Shown here: piece by piece, positions 1 through 11,719 of the stretch
How the letters are laid out: the number at the start of each line of letters is the position of its first letter
Numbering within the stretch: position 1 is the first letter of the stretch
Assembly: GCF_988243305.1 (NCBI RefSeq)
Contig: NZ_OZ547136.1
Direction: 5' to 3' (one strand)
Length of the DNA: 64,000 bases
Translations under genes and position numbers: made by a program
Notes under the pieces: generated by a model
The model's database searches: none
Told to the model about the DNA's origin: nothing
What the model saw: only the letters and a program-made list of their open reading frames with translations

Positions 1-139
1 GGACAACGTCACAGAGAAGTACACATTTTAATTCAATGGCCAGAAGGGGAGTTATTGCTGAATGTTATGCGCAAAAAATAAGAAATTATTTGTAGACTGA
101 ACCGCCCCGGGTTTCCTGGAGAGTGTTTTATCTGTGAAC

Positions 140-640
<501 letters not shown>

Positions 641-663
641 CTATTTCCCTGCCTCTCCTCCCC

Positions 664-697
664 GAACCGGACGTGCACCTTTCAGCGCATCCGGCTC
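664..697 (-). ncRNA. Group II intron domain V (catalytic hairpin)
   Basis: Minus strand GAGCCGGATGCGCTGAAAGGTGCACGTCCGGTTC: 34 nt, GAGC...GAAA...GGTTC pattern with a perfectly paired stem, about 50 nt before the inferred 3' splice site. Confidence 0.7.
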
Positions 698-702
698 TCC
701 AT

Positions 703-2226
703 TTAAATGCTGGCGAACGCCATTGCCACTTCTGTAAAGCGCGATGTATACGTGTTTCTGGTCTCCGTCCTCAGATAGGGATTACCTTCGGGTAGCCGCC
801 AGCGGAACAGCTTCTTGCCTTGCCCCACCAACCGGTACAGTATTTCGCCGCTGAGCTTGCCGTGATTGGTTTTACCAAATAAAACCCACGTTTTGCTCTG
901 ACCCGGTTTCGGTGATTTACACCACCACCTCATCAGGGAAGCGATACCTGTACGGTATTTGCGGGCCAGCCAGTGAGCCAGCTTCCAGAACACGACACGG
1001 TCGATATAACTGAAGACTTTGGCCTTAAAATCAACGAACTGATAGAACATGGCCCAGCCTTTCAGTTTTCGGTTGAGTTGTTCAGCCATATCGACTTTGC
1101 TTTCACTGTAGTTGCCTGATAACAGTGCTGTCAGCGATGCGGCGAAGTTTCTGGCTTTCTCCTGCGGGATCGTTGAGACCACTCGCATCTCGCCATAACG
1201 ACTGCGTTTGCGAATGATCCTGTGCCCCAGAAAGATAAAGCCGTCATTAACATGGGTGATTTTAGTCTTATCCATGTTCAGCCTGAGTTTCAGACTGCCT
1301 TCGAGCACACCCCGACACTCCTCCCTGATGGCTTCCGCCTGTGCTTTGGTGCCTTTGACGATGAGGACAAAATCATCGGCATAGCGGCAGTACGCCACCG
1401 CGGGTTTCCACTGCCAGTTTTCTCTGACCGCCGTACTTCGGCCCCGTTGGATACTGTTATTCCAGTACCACCGATCTTTTCTGGCTTTCCCGCTCAGGTA
1501 GCGCTCATGCAGGTATTGATCGAACTCATTCAGCATGATGTTCGATAATAGCGGCGATATAGCACCGCCCTGTGGCACACCTTCACTGGCCGCCCGAAAG
1601 AGACCGACATCGATATGTCCCGTCTTGATGGTTTTCCACAGCAGAGTCATGAAACGTGCGTCACTGATCCTGCGGCGTACAGCCTTCATCAGCAGTCGAT
1701 GATGTACGGTGTCGAAGTAACTGGACAGGTCGCCTTCAATCACCCAGCGTCCCCGGGTTTCACCACAGTCTGTGAGCTGTAATTTCACCGTGCGGATCGC
1801 GTGGTGGACACTGCGCTCAGGCCGGAAGCCATATGAGAGCGTATGAAAATCACTCTCCCATATCGGCTCCATCGCCATCAGCATGGCCCGCTGAACAATA
1901 CGATCCCGCAACGCGGGGATACCCAGTGGTCGCAGTTTGCCGTTGCTTTTAGGGATGTAAACCCGTCTGGCGGGCAAGGGCTGGTAGTGGCCTGAGAGTA
2001 ATTCATCCCTGAGGATTTGCAGCTCAACAGCCAGTCTGGCCTGTAGCATTGTTTTGTTCACGCCATCAACGCCGGGGGTATGGGCCCCCTTTGATGAAAG
2101 CGTGATCCGCGCCGCTTCAGCCAGCCATTCTGGTTGTGTTATCAGACGCAGCAGCCGTTGAATCCGTAGGGACGGATCGGTGGCTGCCCATGTGGCAAGC
2201 TTGCGTTGCATTTCGCTGATTATCAA
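703..2226 (-). CDS. Group II intron-encoded protein (reverse transcriptase/maturase)
   Basis: 507-aa ORF with RT motifs (PGVDGV near N-terminus, YADDFV active-site box) and a C-terminal maturase (X) region. No obvious HNH endonuclease motif. Start codon uncertain. Confidence 0.85.
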   Translation of the reverse strand: MIISEMQRKLATWAATDPSLRIQRLLRLITQPEWLAEAARITLSSKGAHTPGVDGVNKTMLQARLAVELQILRDELLSGHYQPLPARRVYIPKSNGKLRPLGIPALRDRIVQRAMLMAMEPIWESDFHTLSYGFRPERSVHHAIRTVKLQLTDCGETRGRWVIEGDLSSYFDTVHHRLLMKAVRRRISDARFMTLLWKTIKTGHIDVGLFRAASEGVPQGGAISPLLSNIMLNEFDQYLHERYLSGKARKDRWYWNNSIQRGRSTAVRENWQWKPAVAYCRYADDFVLIVKGTKAQAEAIREECRGVLEGSLKLRLNMDKTKITHVNDGFIFLGHRIIRKRSRYGEMRVVSTIPQEKARNFAASLTALLSGNYSESKVDMAEQLNRKLKGWAMFYQFVDFKAKVFSYIDRVVFWKLAHWLARKYRTGIASLMRWWCKSPKPGQSKTWVLFGKTNHGKLSGEILYRLVGQGKKLFRWRLPEGNPYLRTETRNTYTSRFTEVAMAFASI

Positions 2227-2882
2227 AGGTCTTCACCTCGTTAGGTCAGTTAATTCACGTCGCAAACACATTCAAACTGCTTCCCTTCGCCATGTAATGG
2301 GCTTTCCCCATCGCGGACTACTACGGAAGCTCCGCCAGCCAGCGCGTCATCGGAGCCATGCCCCCTTAACATCCGTCGCTGACCTTCCCCGGTTTACCTG
2401 CCTGGACTCAGGCATACTGAGGAGGCTGCCCGTCGCACTCTTTATCCTTGCTTGCCGCAAGTTGGCAGAAGTCAGCAACGCAAGTGTGATAGACGCTGCT
2501 GCCCCGGTGTTTCGCATACATGTCAAAACACCTTCGACCGGCAGTGCTTACGTATCACTGCCAGTTCCTCCTGCACGGCCTGTCAGATCACGTAGGCCGT
2601 GGTGACGTTTTCAACCCACAGAGGCGGATTAACGGGTTCATGTTCTTCAGCCTTTCAGTACTTAACCTTGAGGATCATCTCGGCTTAGTGATCTCGCCTC
2701 AATCCCCGTTGTCAGCGGGTTACATCACCCTGCGGGCATGCCGCAGGTCACTGCCGCTCAGGCTCTCCACCGTCACACCCGGTGGGATTGTTGGGTTTCT
2801 CATCGTGAGTTACCGGTTCAATATTCCAGACAGACTCGCGGTTCATTTAAGCATCCATGCCCGCCCTGAACTCCGGGCACAC

Positions 2883-3300
2883 CGTAAGTAAAATCAGCCA
2901 CCCACAGCTGGTCAGGACGTTCTGCCACGCACTGACGGTTTACGCGGTCACCTGTGGCAACGGTTTTCCGGCTGACGGTAGTGCGGACCTTTTTACCCCG
3001 GAGAACACCGGCAAGTCCCATAACCGCCATGAGGCGCGCCACTGTACATCTGGCCACCCTGATTCCTTCCCGTAACAACTGACGCCAGACTTTACGCACA
3101 CCGTACACCTGATGATTTTCATCGTATACGCGCTGTATCTCTCTCTTCAGCCAGTCATCGTGCTGCGCACGGGCACTGCGTTTATCCGGATGATGTCGCT
3201 GTTGCTGACAATGGTAATACGTTGACGGGGCAATATGCAGTTCGCTGCATACCGGTCCGACCCCGTACTGCTCACGCAGCTTATCCAGCAGTGGCATCAT
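2883..3300 (-). CDS. IS3-family transposase OrfB, N-terminal (5' exon) part
   Basis: ORF 2818..3300 reads ...[11 protein letters not shown] then runs into intron sequence. Overlaps orfA 3' end as expected for the -1 frameshift OrfAB arrangement. Confidence 0.75.
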
Positions 3301-3623
3301 TTTTTCCAGAGGCGGTCGAACTCCGCCTTCGCAAAATAAGCGGAAGCCTGGCGAAGGATATCGTTACTGCGGCGCAGTTCACGATTTTCACGTTCCAGCT
3401 CTTTCAGACGCTGACGTTCAGCGGTGGTGAGCCCTCCATCACCGCCCCCGGTATCCCGCTCATGCTGGCGAACCCAGACACGCAGAGTCTCCGGCGTACA
3501 GCCAATCTTTGGGGCAATGGAACAAATTGCCGCCCACTGTGAGTCATACTCATCCTGACTTTCCAGAACCATACGAATCGCCCGCTGACGGACTTCGGGG
3601 GAAAAACGAGTATTTTTAGTCAT
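3297..3623 (-). CDS. IS3-family transposase OrfA (HTH/leucine-zipper)
   Basis: 108-aa [22 protein letters not shown]...[36 protein letters not shown]; recalled as IS629/IS1203-type OrfA. Confidence 0.85.
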   Translation of the reverse strand: MTKNTRFSPEVRQRAIRMVLESQDEYDSQWAAICSIAPKIGCTPETLRVWVRQHERDTGGGDGGLTTAERQRLKELERENRELRRSNDILRQASAYFAKAEFDRLWKK

Positions 3624-4023
3624 CCTGTTTACCTCTTTCTCAGGGAGTTTAGTCTCCAGGATTCCCGGGACGGTTCAGTTTCCATTCATGCTTTTAATCT
3701 TTCCCAAAATAACTAAAGCCAGATGTAACAGGCGAACATGGTAAAGTGTCCGCATATTTGAACCTCGCTGATAACGCCTTCACCTGACAACATATTGTCA
3801 GTGCTTCAGCATGTTAAGCTGTTCTTCTGAAAGGTCGGTAAGCTCCAGGACCATATTCCGACTTATCCTGGAAGGATGGCTGGTTCAGACTTCAGGATAT
3901 GGTTGAGGGTTACCTAGTGATGAAGTCTCTTGATCAGGAGATCTGATCAAGAGACAGCACTGGGTGGGGGTGACCATCTCATATCTATGCCTCCATTTGG
4001 CAATCATCAATTTTGACAGAAAT

Positions 4024-4056
4024 AAAGCACAGGGGCTGTTCACATAGCCCCTGTGC
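4024..4056 (-). terminator. Putative rho-independent terminator downstream of MFS gene
   Basis: 10-bp perfect stem CACAGGGGCT / AGCCCCTGTG (4026-4053) followed on the minus strand by a U-rich stretch CTTTATTTCTG. Confidence 0.4.
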
Positions 4057-4138
4057 AGAGCAATTGATAACTCTTACTTTGTTGAAAATTCATTGCAGCT
4101 AAGGTCAATGCCACAACAACAAAGCAAATAAAGATTAA

Positions 4139-5425
4139 TCAGGCTTTATTAGGTAAAGTATTTACCGAATGTGAAATCTTCACTGTCAGTGTAACAACTG
4201 CTGAACACAATAGCGTGGCTATCATAAAGATGAATGCACTGTTGTAACTTCCGTCGCTGCTTTGGATCAACCAGCCAATGACAGGGGCAGAAATAACCCC
4301 AGCCATCTGACCGCCAAAGTTAACGATACCTGATGCTCGCCCCATGATATTACTGGGAATAGTATCCATCAAAATGCCCCAGAACATTGCCATAGCGAAG
4401 AACATAAACAACGCTGAAACACATTGATAAACAACAGCCATATCCGCACTACTTACGCTGAAAGTCAAGTACAGGAACCCTGCAGCAATTACGGAAGTCA
4501 AGACATATAGTGTTTTACGTTGTGGTTTTAATTTATCTGAGCAATAGCCACCTAATAATGTCCCCCCAGCTCCAAATAGAAAGGGGATCGCAGCCATTAC
4601 GCCAGTTTTGGCCAATGAGAATTCACGAACAGTAATTAGATAACTTGGCAACCAAGTTGAAAAGCCCCAGAACGTAATATCAAACAAAAACCAAATGCAG
4701 GCCATCTGCCAAAGTACAGGCATCTTAAGTACATCTTTAAATGCAATATTACTTTTGCCTTGCCCCCCGTCCTGGTTATCTGATGCTAGCTCAACCAGAT
4801 CCTGCTGCGTTATTGCTGGATGATCTTTTGGATTATCACGGGTAAATAACCAGATACCCGCAGCAATAAATAAACCTGGTATACCCAATACGATGAAGAC
4901 CATGTGCCAGCCAAATGCACCGATAATGCTCGCCGCTACAACAACCGCCAGTGCTGGCCCTAAGGTGTTCACCGTAGACTGAATGGCTGTTGCGCGTCCT
5001 CGCTCTTTCGATGGAAAATAGGTCGAAATCATCTTCCATGAAGCTGACGGGAAACAACCTTCCCCTATACCAAAGAAGAAACGAACAATCAGCATTAACG
5101 GCAGAGCAAGTACCGCACCAGTAAGGCTGGTAAATATGGACCACCATGCAATACCAATGGCCATAATTTTCCTTGAGCCAAACTTATCGGCTAACATTCC
5201 ACCGGGAATCTGAAATGCAGCATAACCAATAAAAAAAGCACTAATAATTAAACCTTGTTGTGTTGTATCAAGATTTAAATCTTTGCCAATATAAGGTAAT
5301 GAAACACTCATGACCATTCTGTCGAGAAAAGAGAGTAACCATGCTAACCAAATTAAGGTCAAGACGGTATATCTTGCTTTCCAAAGTTTTGGTTTACCTA
5401 AAGGTAAAGATGTTTGTAGATTCAT
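4139..5425 (-). CDS. MFS transporter, anion:cation symporter (ACS) family-like
   Basis: 428-aa ORF with about 12 hydrophobic segments and MFS signature region ...GGMLADKFGSRK...; last gene of a four-gene minus-strand operon. Confidence 0.75.
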   Translation of the reverse strand: MNLQTSLPLGKPKLWKARYTVLTLIWLAWLLSFLDRMVMSVSLPYIGKDLNLDTTQQGLIISAFFIGYAAFQIPGGMLADKFGSRKIMAIGIAWWSIFTSLTGAVLALPLMLIVRFFFGIGEGCFPSASWKMISTYFPSKERGRATAIQSTVNTLGPALAVVVAASIIGAFGWHMVFIVLGIPGLFIAAGIWLFTRDNPKDHPAITQQDLVELASDNQDGGQGKSNIAFKDVLKMPVLWQMACIWFLFDITFWGFSTWLPSYLITVREFSLAKTGVMAAIPFLFGAGGTLLGGYCSDKLKPQRKTLYVLTSVIAAGFLYLTFSVSSADMAVVYQCVSALFMFFAMAMFWGILMDTIPSNIMGRASGIVNFGGQMAGVISAPVIGWLIQSSDGSYNSAFIFMIATLLCSAVVTLTVKISHSVNTLPNKA

Positions 5426-5502
5426 TGTAATGTCCTTTGAGTGTAACTATCTATCGCGACTCTTTTGGTCGCGATAGATCAATAAGTATTTAACGTAATT
5501 TA

Positions 5503-7098
5503 TTAATATTCTTTTCTGATAACTTTACCGCTACAGGCATAACTTTCCGTACCATTAATTAAGGCGATACGTCCATTGACCATTACAAGTTCAATTCCTT
5601 CTGGATACTGATTTGGCTCTACAAATGTTCCCTTATCTGCAATGGTTTTGGGATCGAACATTACAATATCAGCCGCATACCCAACTTTAAGTAATCCCCT
5701 GTTTTGCAGACCTAATACTTCCGCAGGTTTGCCGGTCATTTTACGAATTGCATCCTCCCAACTTAGGCATCCCTCTTCACGCACATATTTGCCCAGTACA
5801 CGAGGAAAGGCTCCAAACACTCGAGGATGGGGTTTTCCTGCCCCCATTAAACCATCAGTACAGACGTTCTGCTCTGCACGACAGAGGAATTTAATAACGT
5901 GTTCTTCTGTCCCATAGAAATCAACCATTCCTACAGCGTTTTCTTCTTCAAGAAGCAAATCGAAAGTGGCGTTATAGGGATCTTTACCGCGTAATTCGCC
6001 TAACTGGACAAGATTCAAACCTACGGCATCCTGATTTTTGGCAGTTTTCACACTGGTGACAAAAATTTGGTCTAGACCAGCAAAGTCAATAAAGTTATCC
6101 CATCCTGGAATACCTTGCTGAATGTCGTCGATCATTTTTGCACGCAGTTCTGGCGAAGCTAGTCGTTTCAGCAATTTATCCGTTCCTCCGGAATGGACCC
6201 ACGGAGGTAGGATTACACCAAGCATAGTGCTACCTGCAACATACGGATATTGATCGTAAGAGATACGTATTCCCTCTTTCTGCGCCTGTTCCAACATGCC
6301 AAGCATTTGGTCAATAAGCCCCCAGTTTTTCTTCCCACATACTTTCATATGTGATATATGGAGCCACACACCACTAGCTTTGGCTATATCGATTAATTCT
6401 TGGGTTGAATTGATAATATCATCAGCTTCACTGCGCTGATGCACCACAAAGAGCCCATCATATTTCGCTGTGACTTTACATAATTCAATCAACTCAGCAG
6501 TATCGCCAAAGGCGCAGGGCATATAGATAAGCCCAGAGGAAAGACCAAATGCCCCAGCTTTTAACTCCCGCTCAAGGATTTCACACATCTTTGCGACGTC
6601 TTCACGGGTAGAAGGGCGACCATCAAGTCCCATCGCTTCCATACGTACATTACCATGCGGAACCAGATACGCTAGATTTGTTGCTGGATGGTGAGATTCC
6701 AATAGGTTTAGGTATCCATCGGTATTTTTATATTTCCAGTCTATTTTATCGGTATCACCGTCAAGTCCAGCAATATTTTTACGCCAAGCTGGAATATATT
6801 TCTCAGGTAGTGGAGCCAATGCGACACCATCCTGTCCAAGTAACTCAGTAGTAATACCTTGACGTATTTTTGCCGATAGTTCAGGATTTATAATGGCCGA
6901 TAAATCAGAATGTGTGTGTGTATCAATAAAACCAGGGCAAATAATTTTTCCGCTTGCATCAATAAATTGTTCATTCTTACCAACATCAACGTGGCCGATG
7001 GAAATAATATATCCATCATCAACTACCACGTCAGTAATTATGCCCGGACTTCCTGTTCCATCAATAACATTTCCATTTTTAAAAATTGTTTTCATCAT
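5503..7098 (-). CDS. N-acyl-D-amino-acid deacylase (D-aminoacylase) family amidohydrolase
   Basis: ORF with KNGNVIDGTG...FIDTHTHSDL metal-binding amidohydrolase motifs. Start placed at the ATG (7098) preceded by GGAGA on the minus strand. Confidence 0.75.
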   Translation of the reverse strand: MMKTIFKNGNVIDGTGSPGIITDVVVDDGYIISIGHVDVGKNEQFIDASGKIICPGFIDTHTHSDLSAIINPELSAKIRQGITTELLGQDGVALAPLPEKYIPAWRKNIAGLDGDTDKIDWKYKNTDGYLNLLESHHPATNLAYLVPHGNVRMEAMGLDGRPSTREDVAKMCEILERELKAGAFGLSSGLIYMPCAFGDTAELIELCKVTAKYDGLFVVHQRSEADDIINSTQELIDIAKASGVWLHISHMKVCGKKNWGLIDQMLGMLEQAQKEGIRISYDQYPYVAGSTMLGVILPPWVHSGGTDKLLKRLASPELRAKMIDDIQQGIPGWDNFIDFAGLDQIFVTSVKTAKNQDAVGLNLVQLGELRGKDPYNATFDLLLEEENAVGMVDFYGTEEHVIKFLCRAEQNVCTDGLMGAGKPHPRVFGAFPRVLGKYVREEGCLSWEDAIRKMTGKPAEVLGLQNRGLLKVGYAADIVMFDPKTIADKGTFVEPNQYPEGIELVMVNGRIALINGTESYACSGKVIRKEY

Positions 7099-7161
7099 AA
7101 TTCTCCATGACGATGTCACATGGTGACACCGCCTGTAAGGGAAGAGGTTTTATCTTTAAAT

Positions 7162-8346
7162 TTAACGGAGATATAGTGTCTGAATAATGCTGTAATAACC
7201 ACTGGCCGAACCGGTTAATTGCTCGATCTCAATGTACTCATCAATGGTGTGCGCCAAGTTTTCCCGTGAAGGTCCAAACCCAATAGTTTTGATCCCCGCT
7301 TCACCAGCATAGTGGCTTCCGTTTGTACAAAATGAGTACTGCGTGATGGTCGGTGAAAACCCTGCCTTACGAATACCAACCAACGCAGCTTGTACAAATT
7401 CATCAGATTCGTCAAACACCCACCCAGGGAAGAAACGCTCACCTTCAATAGTTGCTCCTGTGTAGCAGGACTCTTGGCCTACTGCGTACGAGACCCGCCC
7501 TTTAAACTGCGGATCGAGGATTGCGAACTCTGCCAGTACACGTTCCAGAGGTGCAATAACGTTTTCTTTCGTTTCTCCGACAAGCAAACGGCGATCGTAA
7601 GTTGCACGGCAGTAATCCGGCACTACTGATGCTCCCGGATATGGCGATGATTTAATGTCTGTTAACTCTAAAATTCCGGGGCCAAGTATCGGATGCATTG
7701 GTGGTACAATGGTACGAATTTTGTCAATTAATTGTGCCATTTTGTAGACAGCATTTATTCCTGCCTGTGGATTGGCTGAGTGAGCTGGTTTCCCAAATGT
7801 TTCGACAACAATTTCAGCGCGTCCACGCTGACCGATTTTCAGGTTTAATTCGGAAGCTTCACCGATAATTACGTAATCAGGTTTAAAACGTTCACTGACC
7901 AAGCGTGCCGCAACACCTTCAAAACACTCTTCATGGACAATACAGGCTACGTAAATTTTGCCGGAAAAATTACGCTGGTAATCCTGACCAAAAAAACCAA
8001 CGGCGGAGATCATAGCCGCAACAGCTCCCTTCATGTCGGTTGCCCCCCGACCATAAATTTTGCCTTCGTCAATATCACCGCCATATGGATTCCGAGTCCA
8101 CATATCTTCGTTTACAGGCACAGTATCAATATGCCCATCCAAAACGAGAGTTTTCCCTGGCTGATTGCCAATAATACCACCAATAATATTGCCATACTTA
8201 TCGATATGAATATCGTCAAACTGGTAATACTGCATCATATCTTTTATGGCATTCACTACATCCCCTTCCTGACCGGAATAGCTTTTTTGTTGGATCAATG
8301 TCTGACAATTTTTAATAACTTCTTTATAACGACTTGCAGATAACAT
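7162..8346 (-). CDS. M20-family peptidase (ArgE/DapE/YgeY-like)
   Basis: 394-aa ORF with HIDTVPV and GRGATDMKG metal-ligand motifs typical of M20 deacylases. Confidence 0.75.
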   Translation of the reverse strand: MLSASRYKEVIKNCQTLIQQKSYSGQEGDVVNAIKDMMQYYQFDDIHIDKYGNIIGGIIGNQPGKTLVLDGHIDTVPVNEDMWTRNPYGGDIDEGKIYGRGATDMKGAVAAMISAVGFFGQDYQRNFSGKIYVACIVHEECFEGVAARLVSERFKPDYVIIGEASELNLKIGQRGRAEIVVETFGKPAHSANPQAGINAVYKMAQLIDKIRTIVPPMHPILGPGILELTDIKSSPYPGASVVPDYCRATYDRRLLVGETKENVIAPLERVLAEFAILDPQFKGRVSYAVGQESCYTGATIEGERFFPGWVFDESDEFVQAALVGIRKAGFSPTITQYSFCTNGSHYAGEAGIKTIGFGPSRENLAHTIDEYIEIEQLTGSASGYYSIIQTLYLR

Positions 8347-8378
8347 GGTGTTCCTCCGTTATTATTTAAATTAGAAAA

Positions 8379-9593
8379 TTACTGCTGAAGTACCGGATAC
8401 TGAGTCCCCCAGACAATATTGCGATATGATTCTGGGTCAGTGTCACCTTCAGTGCTGATTAGCAAAACACGGGAATGTGAATCCAGCCCCAACTGTTCAC
8501 GGGTTTGCCTAAATGTAGGGGAGGTCATCAGTAACGCCAGAAGCCCTGTGGTTACTGCCCCTGACTCTCCAGAAATAATCTGCGGATCTCCTGCTAACGG
8601 ATTTCCCAAAATACGCATACCCAACATTGCAACCTCGTCAGGACAGGAGGCAAAGGCTGTAGCATAGTCACGTAGCAGCTTCCAGCCGATACTGTTAGCC
8701 TCGCCACAAGCCAGTCCTGCCATGAGTGTCTGCAAATCCCCCCCTACTGCCACGGCATTTCCATCTTTCGCCAAGGCTGAGCGGTAGAGGCAATCGGCAA
8801 TTAATGCTTCTACAACGATTACTTTTGGACGATTATCCCCCCAAGCAGCAGTCACCATTCCCTGGACCATACCCGCAAACGAACCAACCCCCGCTTGGAC
8901 AAAGATATGTGTTGGTGCTACCTGATGGAGTTGAGCCATAGCCTCCAGCATCAACGTGCTATAGCCCTGCATGATCCATAGAGGAATTTTTTCATACCCT
9001 TCCCAAGCGGTGTCCTGAACAACAATCCAGCCGGATTTATCTGCCTGCTCTGCGGTCATTCGAACAGCATCGTCATAGTTCATATTGACAATTTCAGCCG
9101 TAGCACCTTCATTGCGAATTGATGACAGGCGTTGTTGCGAAGACCCCTTTGGCATATAAACTACTGCATTTTGCTTTAGCTGACGCGCCATCCACGCTAC
9201 TCCCCGCCCGTGGTTACCGTCAGTAGTAGTAGCAAAGGTAACTGTTTTCAGATAATGGCGCACATCGTCACTAGTCATGATATCAAACGACAATTCATCA
9301 ATCTCTTTCCCTAGTAATTCTGCGATATGACATGCCATGGCATAGGCGCCACCCAGCACTTTGAAGGCTTTTAGGCCAAAACGCTGAGACTCATCTTTGA
9401 GATAGATCTTTTTTATCCCTAATTTTTGTGAAAGCGCAGGTAATGTATAGAGCGGCGTTGGCTCGTAGCCTGGTATTGTCCGATGAAAATTCAATGCTTT
9501 TACCAGCTCATTGTGACTAAATGAAGCTAGTGGTGCGCTAGGTTGCTGAGTAAATTGTGTCTGGTTAATAAAAAAGGATATTTTTTCCTGCAT
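8379..9593 (-). CDS. Diaminopropionate ammonia-lyase-like PLP enzyme (DpaL/YgeX family)
   Basis: 404-aa ORF, fold-type II PLP enzyme with lysine in ...QRFGLKAFKVLGG...; first gene of the operon. Confidence 0.75.
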   Translation of the reverse strand: MQEKISFFINQTQFTQQPSAPLASFSHNELVKALNFHRTIPGYEPTPLYTLPALSQKLGIKKIYLKDESQRFGLKAFKVLGGAYAMACHIAELLGKEIDELSFDIMTSDDVRHYLKTVTFATTTDGNHGRGVAWMARQLKQNAVVYMPKGSSQQRLSSIRNEGATAEIVNMNYDDAVRMTAEQADKSGWIVVQDTAWEGYEKIPLWIMQGYSTLMLEAMAQLHQVAPTHIFVQAGVGSFAGMVQGMVTAAWGDNRPKVIVVEALIADCLYRSALAKDGNAVAVGGDLQTLMAGLACGEANSIGWKLLRDYATAFASCPDEVAMLGMRILGNPLAGDPQIISGESGAVTTGLLALLMTSPTFRQTREQLGLDSHSRVLLISTEGDTDPESYRNIVWGTQYPVLQQ

Positions 9594-9675
9594 GATAAGA
9601 CCTCATTGTACTGGTATCTCGCACCCTGTAATCAGAGAAATCCAAAGATGCCTTCTGTATGACTATTCACTAAAA

Positions 9676-9691
9676 AGCAAAATGCGTACCA
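9676..9691 (-). promoter_or_regulatory. Candidate sigma-54 (-24/-12) promoter for the catabolic operon
   Basis: Minus-strand TGGTACGCATTTTGCT: GG and GC elements separated by 10 nt, near-consensus to TGGCACG-N4-TTGC. About 80 bp upstream of the operon ATG and adjacent to a divergent sigma-54 activator gene. Confidence 0.5.
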
Positions 9692-9973
9692 GTTTTTTAT
9701 TAGAGTTAGTAAAAAGTAACATATATTTCTTTAACCTTTTCATTTCAATGAATTAGGAAGTCATTGCGTCATAATGAATCCCCCTCCCTAGTATTGGCCT
9801 TATTTCAATGCCTGATAAATTCTCATTAATGAGAATTTATGTGATCAATCAAAAGAAAATAATAAAAACACAAATAAAACATATAGATATATTGATCTTT
9901 TTCAAGTAAATTTTTCCTAATATCATATAATTTCTCATTTTTCTGAGAATTTTATACTGACTGGAGGAGAACC

Positions 9974-11719
9974 ATGATTTCAGTACTGAGAAACATTCAG
10001 GATGATATATGTAATTATGCCGATGCTATCTCTGGCATAATCGGAACTGATGTAGAAATCATTGATGAGTCATTAATGCGCATAGCTGGTACAGGTCAAT
10101 ACAGGTATATGCTCAATGAGAGTGTGGTAAAAAATGGTTACATTTATCGGCATGTATTACAGGTACGAAAAACAGTTCTGATCACAAATCCAGGAGAACA
10201 TCCTCTCTGCCAGTTATGTGAGAAAAACCATTATTGCTCGGAAATGTTAGATTTGAACACACCCATTTTTCTCAATGAGCGTGTCATCGGAGTCATTGGA
10301 ATTATTTGCTCTACCCAGACACAGCGTAAAATCTTGTTGAACCAGATTGATAAATTTATTACCTTTATTGAGCAAATTGCTGCGATGATTTCCAGTAAAG
10401 TCTTCGAATGTCTGGAACGCCTGCGGGCCCAAGAAACTCTCAGTACATTTCGTCGATTGATTGATGCGATGGATCGCGGTGTTGTAGCTATTGATGGTAA
10501 GGGCCGAATCTGGCACGCTAACAACTCAGCCGATCGCATACTTAACCGCAAGGTTCAAGGTATTACGTTAACGATTGAAACAACCGGGGACATTCTATAT
10601 GGAGATGAAGAAGCATGGTTGACGCTGGAAGGAGAAAGATACCATGTGTTGTGCAAACAAATTTCTCTTTCCTCATTAGATAATGATCGACTCACCATGA
10701 TTATCTTTCGTGATGCACATGACTATCTGAGCACAATAGTTTATCCTTACGAATCTGATGCTCAAGTGCGATTAATTGGACATTCACCACTAATGGAACA
10801 ACTCAGAAGCACCGTTAGAAAAATCGCCAGTAGTTGTGCCAGCGTACTGATCACCGGAGAAAGTGGCTCAGGTAAAGAAGTTGTGGCATTTGCTATTCAT
10901 CAGAATAGTCCACGTAAATCCGCTCCTTTTGTAACAATCAACTGCGCTGCAATCCCAGAGCAACTGCTGGAAAGCGAGCTATTTGGCTACGTGAAGGGGG
11001 CATTTAGTGGGGCGAATCCTAAAGGACGTATAGGTAAATTTGAACTGGCCAATGGGGGAAGTCTCTTTCTCGATGAGATCGGAGATATGCCGCTCCATCT
11101 GCAGGCCAAGCTGCTTAGAGTTCTTCAGGAAAAAAACATTACCCGCGTTGGCTCTAATAATATTATCAATATTGATGTGCGCATTATTGCTGCGACCAAC
11201 AAAAACATCCGTGAAATGGTTGAGAGTAATCAGTTTCGAGAAGACCTTTATTATCGCCTGAATGTGGTTCCTCTAGTAATTCCTTCTTTACGGGAACGAC
11301 GGACTGATATTGCCCTCCTTGCACAATATTTTGCTGATGAGTTCTCTGAAAGCTATCAACGTCCAGTGAAAAAACTCCCCGATGATATAATTAACCATCT
11401 TTACGCTTGGCACTGGCCTGGTAACATCCGTGAATTACGTAATGTCATTGAGTATATTTTTGTTATGCGTGGTGAAACTACTGATATCAACGTCAGCCAT
11501 CTTCCCCCTTATCTGCTCAATGTAGTGGACAACAGCAAAACTGTTATGACAATCAACACCAAGCAGCTACTGAGTCAGGGAAGACAAGCGGAAAGGAGGG
11601 CAATTGAAACTGCATTACAACGATATAGCCCAAGTGGAGAGGGGAAAAAACAAGCTGCCGCTGAATTAGGAATAAGTATTGCTACACTATACCGAAAGAT
11701 AAAACAATATGGTTTATAG
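9974..11719 (+). CDS. Sigma-54-dependent transcriptional activator (bEBP, YgeV-like) with N-terminal sensor domain
   Basis: 581-aa ORF with Walker [15 protein letters not shown] loop, ELFGY motif and C-terminal HTH (...[17 protein letters not shown]). Divergent from the operon. Confidence 0.85.
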   Translation: MISVLRNIQDDICNYADAISGIIGTDVEIIDESLMRIAGTGQYRYMLNESVVKNGYIYRHVLQVRKTVLITNPGEHPLCQLCEKNHYCSEMLDLNTPIFLNERVIGVIGIICSTQTQRKILLNQIDKFITFIEQIAAMISSKVFECLERLRAQETLSTFRRLIDAMDRGVVAIDGKGRIWHANNSADRILNRKVQGITLTIETTGDILYGDEEAWLTLEGERYHVLCKQISLSSLDNDRLTMIIFRDAHDYLSTIVYPYESDAQVRLIGHSPLMEQLRSTVRKIASSCASVLITGESGSGKEVVAFAIHQNSPRKSAPFVTINCAAIPEQLLESELFGYVKGAFSGANPKGRIGKFELANGGSLFLDEIGDMPLHLQAKLLRVLQEKNITRVGSNNIINIDVRIIAATNKNIREMVESNQFREDLYYRLNVVPLVIPSLRERRTDIALLAQYFADEFSESYQRPVKKLPDDIINHLYAWHWPGNIRELRNVIEYIFVMRGETTDINVSHLPPYLLNVVDNSKTVMTINTKQLLSQGRQAERRAIETALQRYSPSGEGKKQAAAELGISIATLYRKIKQYGL

